NCBI GenBank assembly: GCA_964469485.1
Contig: CAYXZP010000001.1
Location: forward strand, 3,660 to 67,659
Direction: 5' to 3'
DNA length: 64,000 nucleotides
From: an uncultured Myxococcales bacterium
GTDB taxonomy: Bacteria > Desulfobacterota > Binatia > UBA1149 > CAYXZP01
Under the pieces are notes generated by a model that saw only the letters and a program-made list of their open reading frames with translations, searched no databases and was not told the origin of the DNA. Below, piece by piece: positions 19,675 through 28,511 of the stretch; position 1 is the stretch's first letter, and every line of letters starts with the position of its first letter. Made by a program: the position numbers and the translations under genes.

Positions 19675-22017
19675 GTGGCGCGGGCGAAAAGCGCAGATAG
19701 AGAGGTCTCACGGGTAGTCCACGAGGTTGAGGCGATCGTGGCCGCCGCCGTTGGTCTGGCCCTTGTCCTGAGCTTCCTGTCCTATGTACCCGGCTCCCCG
19801 GCCGCCAACCATGTCGGGCCCGTAGGGCACCGTCTGGCCGACGTTCTGATCCAGGCCTTCGGATACGCCGCCTATGTATTCCCTCTCTTGCTGCTGGGCG
19901 CCGCCGTGTGGCTTTTCCGCGGGGCCAAAGGCTCCCCGGGGGCCGTGCGCGCGGCCGGTGCGGCCGCCGCCCTGGTCGAGTGTGCCACGGCCCTGGCCCT
20001 GGCCCGCCCCGAGGCTCCGACCGAGCTGGCCGGCGGCTGGCTCGGCGGTTTTGCCGCGCGCCTGCTGGCCGACGCCTTCGGGTTGGTCGGCTCCACGCTG
20101 CTGCTGGCCGCGGCAGGCCTGCTCATCTTCATCATGCTGACAGGACTGCCCGTCTCGCGGTTGGCGGCCGGCCTGGGTGCAGCCGCATCCGGCTTGGCGG
20201 CGGTCCTGGCAAGCCTGGTCACATCGACCGGCCGTCGCTTGGCGGCCTCTCTCGGTCTGTTGCTCGAACGCTTGCTGGCAGCGGCGCGCCGCATCCCGAG
20301 ACCTTCGTTGCGCATCCCGAGGCTCAGGCGCCCGCCCGTCGTGTTCGCGGACAACGCGGAACCCGCGAGCCGGCCCGCCGAGGCCGCTGCGGACCCGGGG
20401 CCGCCACACCACGCTTCGGCCCAGACCGGCGTCGAAGGGGGCCCGGAGATAGTCAAGACCGATACCGAGGCCGGCGCCCGGTCGGATGCCAAGGCACTGG
20501 CCAAGAAGGCCGCCGCGCGTCAGGAAGAGTTCTATTTCGACCTCGAGAGCGGCGATTACCGCCTGCCGCCGCCAAACCTGCTGGGCGCCAGCGACGAGGT
20601 GCGCGATTTCAGCAACGAGAAGGTGCTGGTCGAGCAATCAAAGATCCTCGAGCAGAAACTGTCGACCTTCGGTATCGCCGGGCGTGTGGTGGCGGTACGG
20701 CCGGGCCCCGTGATTACCACCTTCGAGTTCGAGCCCGAGGCCGGCATCAAGGTGAGCCGTGTCGTCAATCTTTGCGACGACCTCACGATGGCGCTTCGTG
20801 CGCACAGCGTTCGCATCATCGCGCCGATACCGGGCAAGAACGTCGTGGGCATAGAGGTGTCCAACCGCGACCGCTCGGTGGTCGGGCTCCGCGACCTGAT
20901 CGACTCCGACGAGTTCAGGTCCCACCCATCGCCTTTGGCGCTCGCCGTGGGGCGCGGCACCACGGGGGTGCCGGCCTACGCAGACCTAACCGCGATGCCC
21001 CACCTGTTGATGGCGGGAGCCACGGGCACCGGCAAGTCGGTGTCCCTCAACGCGATGATTCTGAGCATCCTCTACAAGTCCACGCCGCGTGACGTGCGCT
21101 TCATCATGATAGACCCCAAGATGCTCGAACTCTCTCTGTACGACGGCATTCCCCATTTGCTCGTCCCCGTGGTCACCGACGTGAAGAAGGCCTCGGCCGC
21201 GCTGGCCAATGTGATGCGAGAGATGGACGGGCGTTTCGAGATGCTCCGCGACATGCGCGTGCGTAGCATCGACGACTACAACCGCCGCTTGAAGGAGCGT
21301 ATCGAGGCCGGGGAGTCCTTCGACGGGGTGGAAGAAGGCGACGACGGGCAGAGCGCGATCGTGCACGAGCATCTGCCACGCGTGGTCGTCGTCGTTGACG
21401 AGTTGGCCGATCTGATGATGGCCGCCGGGCGCGATATAGAGACGGCGGTAACGCGATTGGCGCAAAAGGCCCGGGCGGCCGGCATTCATCTCATCTTGGC
21501 CACCCAACGGCCCTCGGTCGATGTCATCACGGGGCTGATAAAGGCCAACTTCCCGGCGCGTATCTCTTTCAAGGTCACCGCGCGTCCCGATTCGCGCACG
21601 ATACTCGACTCCGTCGGCGCCGAACGCCTGCTGGGCAACGGCGACATGCTCTATCTCGCCCCCGGCACGTCGTTTCTCCAGCGGCTACACGGCGCGCTCA
21701 TCGGCGACAACGAGATCCGCGCGCTCGTCGACTTCCTCAAAAAACAGGGTGCCCCCGACTACCGTATGGACCTTTTGGAGGAAGCCTCCTCGGCCTCCGA
21801 TGACGATGACGAGGACTTCTTCGACGAGCTTTACGAACGCGCCGTTGACCTGGTGGTCGAACAGGGCCAGGGTTCGACCTCGTGGCTGCAGCGCAAGCTT
21901 GGCATAGGCTACAATCGCGCGGCCAGGATCATGGAACACATGGAGAGTTCGGGCATCGTGGGACCCGCCGACGGCGTGAGGCCACGCCGCGTGGTCGGTT
22001 CCATGGCCGCCGAGTAG
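19675..22017 (+). CDS. ftsK: DNA translocase FtsK
   Basis: A GTG start overlaps the uppP stop. N-terminal TM segments, a Pro/Ala-rich linker, then the RecA-like motor (GATGTGKS) and a gamma domain. Confidence 0.95.
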   Translation: MARAKSADREVSRVVHEVEAIVAAAVGLALVLSFLSYVPGSPAANHVGPVGHRLADVLIQAFGYAAYVFPLLLLGAAVWLFRGAKGSPGAVRAAGAAAALVECATALALARPEAPTELAGGWLGGFAARLLADAFGLVGSTLLLAAAGLLIFIMLTGLPVSRLAAGLGAAASGLAAVLASLVTSTGRRLAASLGLLLERLLAAARRIPRPSLRIPRLRRPPVVFADNAEPASRPAEAAADPGPPHHASAQTGVEGGPEIVKTDTEAGARSDAKALAKKAAARQEEFYFDLESGDYRLPPPNLLGASDEVRDFSNEKVLVEQSKILEQKLSTFGIAGRVVAVRPGPVITTFEFEPEAGIKVSRVVNLCDDLTMALRAHSVRIIAPIPGKNVVGIEVSNRDRSVVGLRDLIDSDEFRSHPSPLALAVGRGTTGVPAYADLTAMPHLLMAGATGTGKSVSLNAMILSILYKSTPRDVRFIMIDPKMLELSLYDGIPHLLVPVVTDVKKASAALANVMREMDGRFEMLRDMRVRSIDDYNRRLKERIEAGESFDGVEEGDDGQSAIVHEHLPRVVVVVDELADLMMAAGRDIETAVTRLAQKARAAGIHLILATQRPSVDVITGLIKANFPARISFKVTARPDSRTILDSVGAERLLGNGDMLYLAPGTSFLQRLHGALIGDNEIRALVDFLKKQGAPDYRMDLLEEASSASDDDDEDFFDELYERAVDLVVEQGQGSTSWLQRKLGIGYNRAARIMEHMESSGIVGPADGVRPRRVVGSMAAE

Positions 22018-22031
22018 TTGCGGCCGCTCTC

Positions 22032-22643
22032 GTGGCCTTGTTCGCTGCCGGCCTTTCCAGTGCCGGCGCCACCGACCCTGACAGCTGGCAGCAGTTCCGC
22101 TCGCGTTGGGATTCGGCCCGTACCTGGAGCGCGGAGTTCACCCAGAGGCTCGATCTCGGCGACGGCGCGCCGGCACTCGAGAGCAGGGGCCGGGTCCTAC
22201 TCTCGAAGCCCGGCCGTATCCGTTGGGAGTACGACGGCGCGCCCGGGCAACTCGTGGTGGGCGACGGGGACTGGCTGTGGATCTACCAGGCCGGGCTCGA
22301 GCAGGTCTACAAGATCTCCTATGGCCAATCGCTGGTTCACACGATGATCGCCACGCTGGTGGGCGGCCCCGAGCCGCTAGATAACGCCTACGAGGTCAGC
22401 CAGGCCGGAACCAACGCACGCGGGCATACCGTGTTCCGCCTGCAGCCGAAGGACGGGAGCGGCCCCCCCCTGGAGTTGGCCGTTGCGCCCGGCGCCGCCG
22501 AGCCTTCTTCGGTGGTGGTCGTGGAAGCGGCCGGTGGTCGTAACGAGCTGACCTTCACGGACAGCTCGCTCGACCTTCCGCTCGGCGCCTCGCTGTTCAA
22601 CTTTACACCGCCGCCCGGAACCGACGTCATCACCGGACAATGA
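22032..22643 (+). CDS. lolA: Outer-membrane lipoprotein carrier protein LolA
   Basis: LolA-like beta-barrel sequence (RIRWEY...DGDWLWIY). Start uncertain: GTG at 22032 or TTG at 22038, just after the ftsK stop. Confidence 0.7.
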   Translation: MALFAAGLSSAGATDPDSWQQFRSRWDSARTWSAEFTQRLDLGDGAPALESRGRVLLSKPGRIRWEYDGAPGQLVVGDGDWLWIYQAGLEQVYKISYGQSLVHTMIATLVGGPEPLDNAYEVSQAGTNARGHTVFRLQPKDGSGPPLELAVAPGAAEPSSVVVVEAAGGRNELTFTDSSLDLPLGASLFNFTPPPGTDVITGQ

Positions 22644-23998
22644 ACCGTCGCAAGTTGTACATGCTCGGTCTGGGTTGCCCGAAGAACCAGGTCGACGCCG
22701 AGATCATGTTGGCCAAGGCCGCCGCTGAGGGCTACAGCGTCGTCGATGACCCCGAGGATGCCGACGTGCTGGTCGTCAACACCTGCGCGTTCATTGACGC
22801 CGCCCGCGAGGAGTCGGTAGCGGCCATCCTCGAATTGGCCGGGCTCAAGGCCGCGGGCACCGGGCCCCGGCGGCTGGTCGTTTCAGGCTGTATGGCCGAG
22901 CGTTACGGTGGCGAGCTTGCCGGCGAGCTTCCCGAGGTGGACGCCTTCGTCGGCACCGGTGCGCTGGCCGAGTTTCCCCGCGCCCTCGGTGCCGAGGGCG
23001 GCCGCGTGTTCAAGGGGGACAAGCACTACCTTCCCGCCGCGTCGATGGAGCGGAGGCTCACCGACGGAGACGGCTCGGCTTACGTCAAGGTGTCCGAGGG
23101 CTGCGACCACGAGTGCGCCTTCTGTGTCATCCCGCTGATACGGGGCCGCCATGAGAGCCGCGAGATCGAGGACGTGGCCGCCGAGGTCGAGGGTCTGGCC
23201 GGACGCGGCATAGTCGAGATAAACCTCATCGCGCAGGATCTGAGCGCTTACGGGCGCGACCGCGGCCACAGGGAAGGTCTGGCCGGTCTGCTCTACCGCC
23301 TCGGCAGGATCCGGGGGATAGAACGGATACGCTGCCTCTATCTCTATCCCAACACGCTGACCGACGCCGTGTTGGAGGCCATCGATTCGGTCGAGGCCGT
23401 GTGCCCTTACATAGACCTGCCCCTGCAGCACGCCGACCGAGCGGTGCTGGCGGCCATGAACCGCGGCAAGGACGCTGATTCCTTGCTGCGCCTGCTCGAC
23501 CGCATCCGGGAACGTGTTCGCGGGGCGGCGATCCGGAGCGCTTTCATAACCGGCTTTCCCGGCGAGACGGAGTCGGCTTTCGTCACGTTGCGGGATTTCG
23601 TCGAGCGGGCCCGCTTCCAGAGCATCGGGGTCTTTCGCTATTCCCCCGAGGAGGACAGCAGGGCCGTCACGCTCGATAATGTGGTGCCGAGGGAAACGGC
23701 CCAACGTCGCCGCGACGAGCTCGTCGCCGTGCAGGAGGGGATCTCCGAAAGCGTCCTGGCCGAGAGGGTCGGCGGGTTCGAGCGCATACTGGTCGGGGGT
23801 ACCGATGAGGGCGGAGTGTGGTGGGGGCGCACGGATTGGCAAGCGCCTGAGATAGACGGGGTCACCTGGCTCGGCAGCGAACCGGCCCTGCGTCCGGGGG
23901 ACCTCATAGAGGCCCAGGTGACGGGCTCCGGCGTGCACGATGTCTTTGCCCGGCCCCTGGCCGGGCCACGGATTGACGCCGCCGAAGACCGCAATTAG
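22640..23998 (+). CDS. rimO: Ribosomal protein S12 methylthiotransferase
   Basis: The ATG overlaps the lolA TGA. MTTase N-terminal domain, radical SAM CxxxCxxC (CDHECAFC) and TRAM domain. Confidence 0.9.
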   Translation: MNRRKLYMLGLGCPKNQVDAEIMLAKAAAEGYSVVDDPEDADVLVVNTCAFIDAAREESVAAILELAGLKAAGTGPRRLVVSGCMAERYGGELAGELPEVDAFVGTGALAEFPRALGAEGGRVFKGDKHYLPAASMERRLTDGDGSAYVKVSEGCDHECAFCVIPLIRGRHESREIEDVAAEVEGLAGRGIVEINLIAQDLSAYGRDRGHREGLAGLLYRLGRIRGIERIRCLYLYPNTLTDAVLEAIDSVEAVCPYIDLPLQHADRAVLAAMNRGKDADSLLRLLDRIRERVRGAAIRSAFITGFPGETESAFVTLRDFVERARFQSIGVFRYSPEEDSRAVTLDNVVPRETAQRRRDELVAVQEGISESVLAERVGGFERILVGGTDEGGVWWGRTDWQAPEIDGVTWLGSEPALRPGDLIEAQVTGSGVHDVFARPLAGPRIDAAEDRN

Positions 23999-24034
23999 GG
24001 TGTCGCGCCTTCGCGGCCGGGGGCCGGGGCCGAT

Positions 24035-24460
24035 ATGAGAAAACGCGACCGGGACAAGTTCCAAGCTCGACTGCTCGATATGCGCAAGGCGATCATGCGC
24101 GAGATCCGGCAGGACATGAAGGAAGGCCGCGAGGGAGAGGCCAGCGAGGGGCGCGACACTTACGACATCGCCAGCGATGAGCGCGATCGTGAGATCAACC
24201 TCTTGCTCGGAGGCCGCGACCGCAAGAAGCTCGAGCAGGTCGACGACGCGCTCCATCGCATCGAGAACGGCGAGTACGGCGAGTGCGAGGAGTGCGGAGG
24301 CGAGATCGCGTCCGGCCGTTTGGAAGCGATGCCGTTCTCGCGTTTGTGCGTGACCTGCCAGGGCGAGTTCGAGCAGGCCCAGCGGACGGTACAGTCGGAT
24401 AGCAACACCGCCGTGACGCCGCGTTACCCGGGTGCTGAGGGAGAGGAAGAAGCTTCCTGA
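24035..24460 (+). CDS. dksA: DksA/TraR-family C4 zinc-finger transcription factor
   Basis: Coiled coil followed by a CEECGGEI...CVTC zinc finger. Confidence 0.85.
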   Translation: MRKRDRDKFQARLLDMRKAIMREIRQDMKEGREGEASEGRDTYDIASDERDREINLLLGGRDRKKLEQVDDALHRIENGEYGECEECGGEIASGRLEAMPFSRLCVTCQGEFEQAQRTVQSDSNTAVTPRYPGAEGEEEAS

Positions 24461-24503
24461 CCCGGCGCGGTTCTTGACGGCCGTTCGTGCTAGGGTCGCG
24501 CGC

Positions 24504-25250
24504 GTGGGCTGTGCGGCCAACATCTCGGAGCTTTTCGTGTCTTGGCAGGGCGAAGGCTCGCGCGTGGGCGAGAAGCACCTGTTCGTACGCTTTGCTGGCT
24601 GCAACATACGCTGCAACTACTGCGATACGCCCGAGTCGTTGGTTCCGGTGGACCAGGCGCGCGTCGACTTTCCCGACGGCCGCCGCCGCCGCCTCGATAA
24701 CCCATTGGCGCCGGCCGCGCTGGCCGCTCTCGTCGAGGAGTTCTGCCGTCTCGACCCAACGATAGCCATGATTGCGATCACCGGCGGCGAACCGCTCGTG
24801 CAGCACGAGGCCATCGCCGAGTGGCTCGGTTGTTTCCGTCCGCCGCGGCCCTGCCTGCTCGAGACCAACGCCGTGCTGCCCGCCGCGCTCGCCGGCGTGA
24901 TCGAATACGTCGCCGTGATCTCGGCCGACATCAAGCTGCCTTCGGCCGGCGGCGAGCGGCCGATGTGGGACGAGCACCGCCGCTTCCTCGAGGCCTGCTC
25001 GGGCTCCGAGGTCTACGTCAAGATGCCGGTGGACCGCGGCACCGAGGTGACCGAGGTAAGGCGGGCGGCGCGCCTGGTACGCGAGACCGCCGGCGAGGTG
25101 GACCTGTTCGTCCAGCCGATCTGCGATCCGGCCGATGATAGCTGGCTGATCGAGACCGGCCAGCTGGAGTGTTTGGTGGATGCGGCCGCTGCCGAGCTTC
25201 CGGGGGCGCGCATGTTACCCCAGGTCCACAAGCTCATGGGGCTGCGTTGA
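24504..25250 (+). CDS. queE: 7-carboxy-7-deazaguanine synthase (radical SAM)
   Basis: ISELFVSWQGEG and CNIRCNYCDT motifs. Probable GTG start at 24504, just after the dksA stop. Confidence 0.75.
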   Translation: MGCAANISELFVSWQGEGSRVGEKHLFVRFAGCNIRCNYCDTPESLVPVDQARVDFPDGRRRRLDNPLAPAALAALVEEFCRLDPTIAMIAITGGEPLVQHEAIAEWLGCFRPPRPCLLETNAVLPAALAGVIEYVAVISADIKLPSAGGERPMWDEHRRFLEACSGSEVYVKMPVDRGTEVTEVRRAARLVRETAGEVDLFVQPICDPADDSWLIETGQLECLVDAAAAELPGARMLPQVHKLMGLR

Positions 25251-26833
25251 CGGACGCGCCGGCGCGCCCGGTCCCGGCACGGGCACTGGCCCAGCGAGAG
25301 GAGACATGGGGCCGTCTCGGGGACGAGGTCTTCGATGTGGCCGTCATCGGGGGCGGCATCAACGGCGCCGGGGTCGCCCGCGACGCGGCGTTGCGCGGCA
25401 TGTCGGTCGCACTCGTCGAGCGTTCCGACTTCGCCTCGGGCACGAGCAGCCGCTCCTCCAAGCTCATCCACGGCGGGGTGCGTTATCTCGAGCAAGGGGA
25501 TGTCGGTCTCGTGCTCGAGGCATGCCGCGAACGCGACCTGCTGCGTTCGCGCCTGGCCCCGCATCTGGTGCGCGCCCAGCGCTTCGTGTTTCCCGTGTAC
25601 CGCGACGACCCCTTGGCCCTGTGGCAGCTACGCCTCGGACTCCTCACCTACGACGCGCTTGCGGGGTTCCGCAACGTCGAGCGTCACCGCGCCCTTTCCA
25701 GGAAGGACCTGTGCCTGGAGGAACCTTCGCTGCTCTCCGACGGTCTGACCGGCGGGGCCCTTTACTACGATTGCGCCACCGACGATGCCCGTTTGAGTCT
25801 CGAGAACGCCCTGTCCGCGCGCCACAGCGGGGCGGCCGTGATCAACTACGTCGAGGTCACCGCTCTCGACAAGGACAGATCGGGCCGTTTGGCGGCCGCC
25901 AGGCTACGAGACCGGATGGGGGCCGGGGAGACCAGCCTGCGCGCGCGCTCCTTCGTCAACGCTGCCGGCCCCTGGTTGGATTCGGTTCGTAAGCTCGACG
26001 ATGGCGGTACGCCCCCGCGCCTGAAGGCGACCAAGGGGGTCCACGTCCTCGTCGAGCGTGAGCGCCTGGGCAACCGCAACGCGGTGGTCATCCGCGGGGT
26101 GGGCGACGGTCGGGTGATGTTTGCCATCCCCTGGCAGGACCTGACCCTGCTCGGTACCACCGACACCTTCTACGAAGGCGACCCCGCGGCAGTGGCGGTC
26201 GAGCGCGACGACATCGATTACATCCTGGCCGCGGCCAACCGCGCCTTTCCGGGGGCGGGTTTGCAGGCCGGGGACGTCGTCAGCGCCTACGCGGGGCTCC
26301 GCCCCCTGGTCGCGGCCGAGGACGAGAGCGACGCATCCGACCTAAGCCGCGAGGATTGTATTTTCGAGAGCCCGTCGGGGCTCGTTTCGATAGGGGGCGG
26401 TAAACTCACCACTTACCGCCGTGTCGCCGAGCGCGTCGTCGACCTTGCCGCAGGCCGGGCCGGGCGCAGCGTCGGGCGCTGCCGTACAGCCTCGCTGGCC
26501 CTGCCGGCCGCCGCCGGGGTCGAACCGGGCGAGGTTGCCGGGACCGCGTCCCAAGCTGCCGGCCCCGTCGAACTGGCGGCCGAGGTCGAGCGCGCGGTCG
26601 AGGACGAGATGGCGCTCAGGCTCGACGACCTTCTACTGCGGCGCTCGCAGATGGGGCTGCGTACGGGCGACGGAGGTTTCGGCCTGGCCACCGATGCCGC
26701 CGTCCTGATGGGGCGCCTTCTCGGATGGGACAAGGCCCGGCTCGGCGAGGAACTGGCCCGCTACCGGCGGGCGCTCGGGCACTCGGCCTGGAAGCCGGTG
26801 CCGGGCGCGGCAACGTCAAGGGTAAAATCTTGA
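25247..26833 (+). CDS. glpD: FAD-dependent glycerol-3-phosphate dehydrogenase
   Basis: FDVAVIGGGINGAGVARDAALRG Rossmann motif. Full GlpD/GlpA-family length. The start is uncertain: TTG at 25247 overlaps the queE stop. Confidence 0.85.
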   Translation: MTDAPARPVPARALAQREETWGRLGDEVFDVAVIGGGINGAGVARDAALRGMSVALVERSDFASGTSSRSSKLIHGGVRYLEQGDVGLVLEACRERDLLRSRLAPHLVRAQRFVFPVYRDDPLALWQLRLGLLTYDALAGFRNVERHRALSRKDLCLEEPSLLSDGLTGGALYYDCATDDARLSLENALSARHSGAAVINYVEVTALDKDRSGRLAAARLRDRMGAGETSLRARSFVNAAGPWLDSVRKLDDGGTPPRLKATKGVHVLVERERLGNRNAVVIRGVGDGRVMFAIPWQDLTLLGTTDTFYEGDPAAVAVERDDIDYILAAANRAFPGAGLQAGDVVSAYAGLRPLVAAEDESDASDLSREDCIFESPSGLVSIGGGKLTTYRRVAERVVDLAAGRAGRSVGRCRTASLALPAAAGVEPGEVAGTASQAAGPVELAAEVERAVEDEMALRLDDLLLRRSQMGLRTGDGGFGLATDAAVLMGRLLGWDKARLGEELARYRRALGHSAWKPVPGAATSRVKS

Positions 26834-26901
26834 CTCAACCCGCCCATGCGATAAGGCAGGCCACTGGCTGAACGGGCCCGTTCGTCCCCGTACCGGCCGG
26901 C

Positions 26902-27951
26902 ATGACCTCGCACAAAGGGCCTCTGGCAAAACAGCAACTGGCCGAGCTTGCAGCAGAGTTCGGTCTGGGAAAGCTGACCTCCTCTTCGGGGCCGGTCGAA
27001 GGCTGGGGTGCGCGCCGTTATATCCTGTCGAGCTCCAAGGGCCGCTTCGAGCTGCAGGTGCACGGTGCCGACCAGGAGTACGAACTCAGGCGCGAGATAG
27101 ACCTGCTCACCTTCTTTGACAAGCACGATTTTCCCAGCCCGCGCCCTACGGTCGACCGCCGGGGGCGTTTCATCATAGAGCACGACGGCCGCTGTCTGTT
27201 GCTTCTCAAGATCCCGGCCGCCCAGACGGTGACCGAGAACAAACTGACGCTGAAACAGGTCAACGACGCGGGGCATCTGATCGGCGAGATGCACATGCTC
27301 GGGCGCGGGTACAAGAAATCGGTCGACAACCGTTACGGCTTCGACCGCATGTTCGAGACCTATGCGGCCGCACGACGCCGTATGCCGTCGCATTTCAAAA
27401 AGGTCGTTCGCACGCTCGACGAGGAGACCGAGTACCTCGGCAACTACCTCGAGAGCAAGCTGCCCAAAGGCATCATCCACGGCGCCATTCACCGTGAGCT
27501 GCTCAGCTTCAAGGGCGAGAACGTCGTTTGCATCGGCGGCTTCGGCTATGCCTGCCGTGGCAAGTACGTCTTCGACCTGGCCACGGCCGTCAACGCCCTT
27601 TGCTTCGTCGGCGACCGTTATGAACTCGAGCGCTTCGAGGCCCTGATGGCCGGCTATGAATCGCTGAGAACCCTTTCTCTCGCCGAGTGGGACTCCTTCC
27701 CCAACGAGCTGCGCTTCGCGGCTCTCCGTTTCACCGTTATGCGCCTCGACGAGTTCTTCGAGAGCGAGAACGACGAGGAGAGGACGCGCATCAACGAGGA
27801 CTTCCGGGCCTATCTCGAAAGGCTCAGGGTCCTGCGTCGTGAAAAGGAAGGGGGCATGGAGAAGCTGCTCATGGCCATGGCCACGGGATACGACTACCGC
27901 AAGTACCAGCGTGTGGTCGTGGGTGATTCGCCGCGCGATAGACGAAAGTGA
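26902..27951 (+). CDS. Protein-kinase-like (APH / homoserine kinase type II-like) phosphotransferase-family protein
   Basis: The kinase-like Brenner region reads HGAIHRELL rather than the usual HGDxxxxN. The usual catalytic Asp and Asn are not evident. Confidence 0.45.
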   Translation: MTSHKGPLAKQQLAELAAEFGLGKLTSSSGPVEGWGARRYILSSSKGRFELQVHGADQEYELRREIDLLTFFDKHDFPSPRPTVDRRGRFIIEHDGRCLLLLKIPAAQTVTENKLTLKQVNDAGHLIGEMHMLGRGYKKSVDNRYGFDRMFETYAAARRRMPSHFKKVVRTLDEETEYLGNYLESKLPKGIIHGAIHRELLSFKGENVVCIGGFGYACRGKYVFDLATAVNALCFVGDRYELERFEALMAGYESLRTLSLAEWDSFPNELRFAALRFTVMRLDEFFESENDEERTRINEDFRAYLERLRVLRREKEGGMEKLLMAMATGYDYRKYQRVVVGDSPRDRRK

Positions 27952-28511
27952 ACGGTGAGGCGGTAGAGCGGCACATCCGTGCACTACTTGTCGAGCTCGG
28001 CGAGGATCCCGAACGCGCGGGGCTTGCCAAGACCCCCGAGCGTGTGGCCCGCAGTCTCGAGTTCTTCACCAAGGGTTCCAACGAAGAACCGTCGGCCATC
28101 ATAGGCGACGCGCTGTTCGTCGAAGAGTACTCGGAGATGATCATCGTCCGCGATATCGATTTCTTCTCGCTCTGCGAGCATCACGTCCTTCCCTTTTTCG
28201 GGCGCGCACACGTGGCCTATATACCCGATCATCACATAGTGGGGATCAGCAAGATCTGCCGTCTGGTGGAATGTTTCGCGCGCCGCCTGCAGGTTCAGGA
28301 GCGCATGACCTCGCAGATCGCCGCCACACTCCACGATATCCTCAGCCCGCAGGGCGTGGGCGTGGTGGTGCGCGCCGAGCACCTCTGCATGCGTATGCGC
28401 GGGGTCGAGAAGCCCAACTCGACCGTGGTGACGAGCGCGCTGCTGGGGGCCTTTCAGAAGCGTGACACGAGGCAGGAGTTCATGAACCTGATCTCGAACA
28501 GCGCTTCCTAG
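27948..28511 (+). CDS. folE: GTP cyclohydrolase I
   Basis: FSLCEHHVLPF motif. The GTG start overlaps the upstream TGA. Confidence 0.9.
   Translation: MNGEAVERHIRALLVELGEDPERAGLAKTPERVARSLEFFTKGSNEEPSAIIGDALFVEEYSEMIIVRDIDFFSLCEHHVLPFFGRAHVAYIPDHHIVGISKICRLVECFARRLQVQERMTSQIAATLHDILSPQGVGVVVRAEHLCMRMRGVEKPNSTVVTSALLGAFQKRDTRQEFMNLISNSAS

Noticed and set aside
19708-20637. 309-aa and 210-aa ORFs antisense to the ftsK linker region
   Set aside because: They lie within the Pro/Ala-rich ftsK linker, which gives long open antisense frames. They are low complexity.
22883-24616. 577-aa ORF antisense to rimO and dksA
   Set aside because: Low-complexity Ala/Arg/Gly-rich translation typical of antisense frames in high-GC DNA. 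Both sense-strand genes are well supported.
25169-25246. N-terminal extension of glpD predicted by the ORF track
   Set aside because: Overlaps the queE 3' end in another frame and precedes the conserved FAD-binding start. TTG at 25247 or a nearby codon is more plausible.
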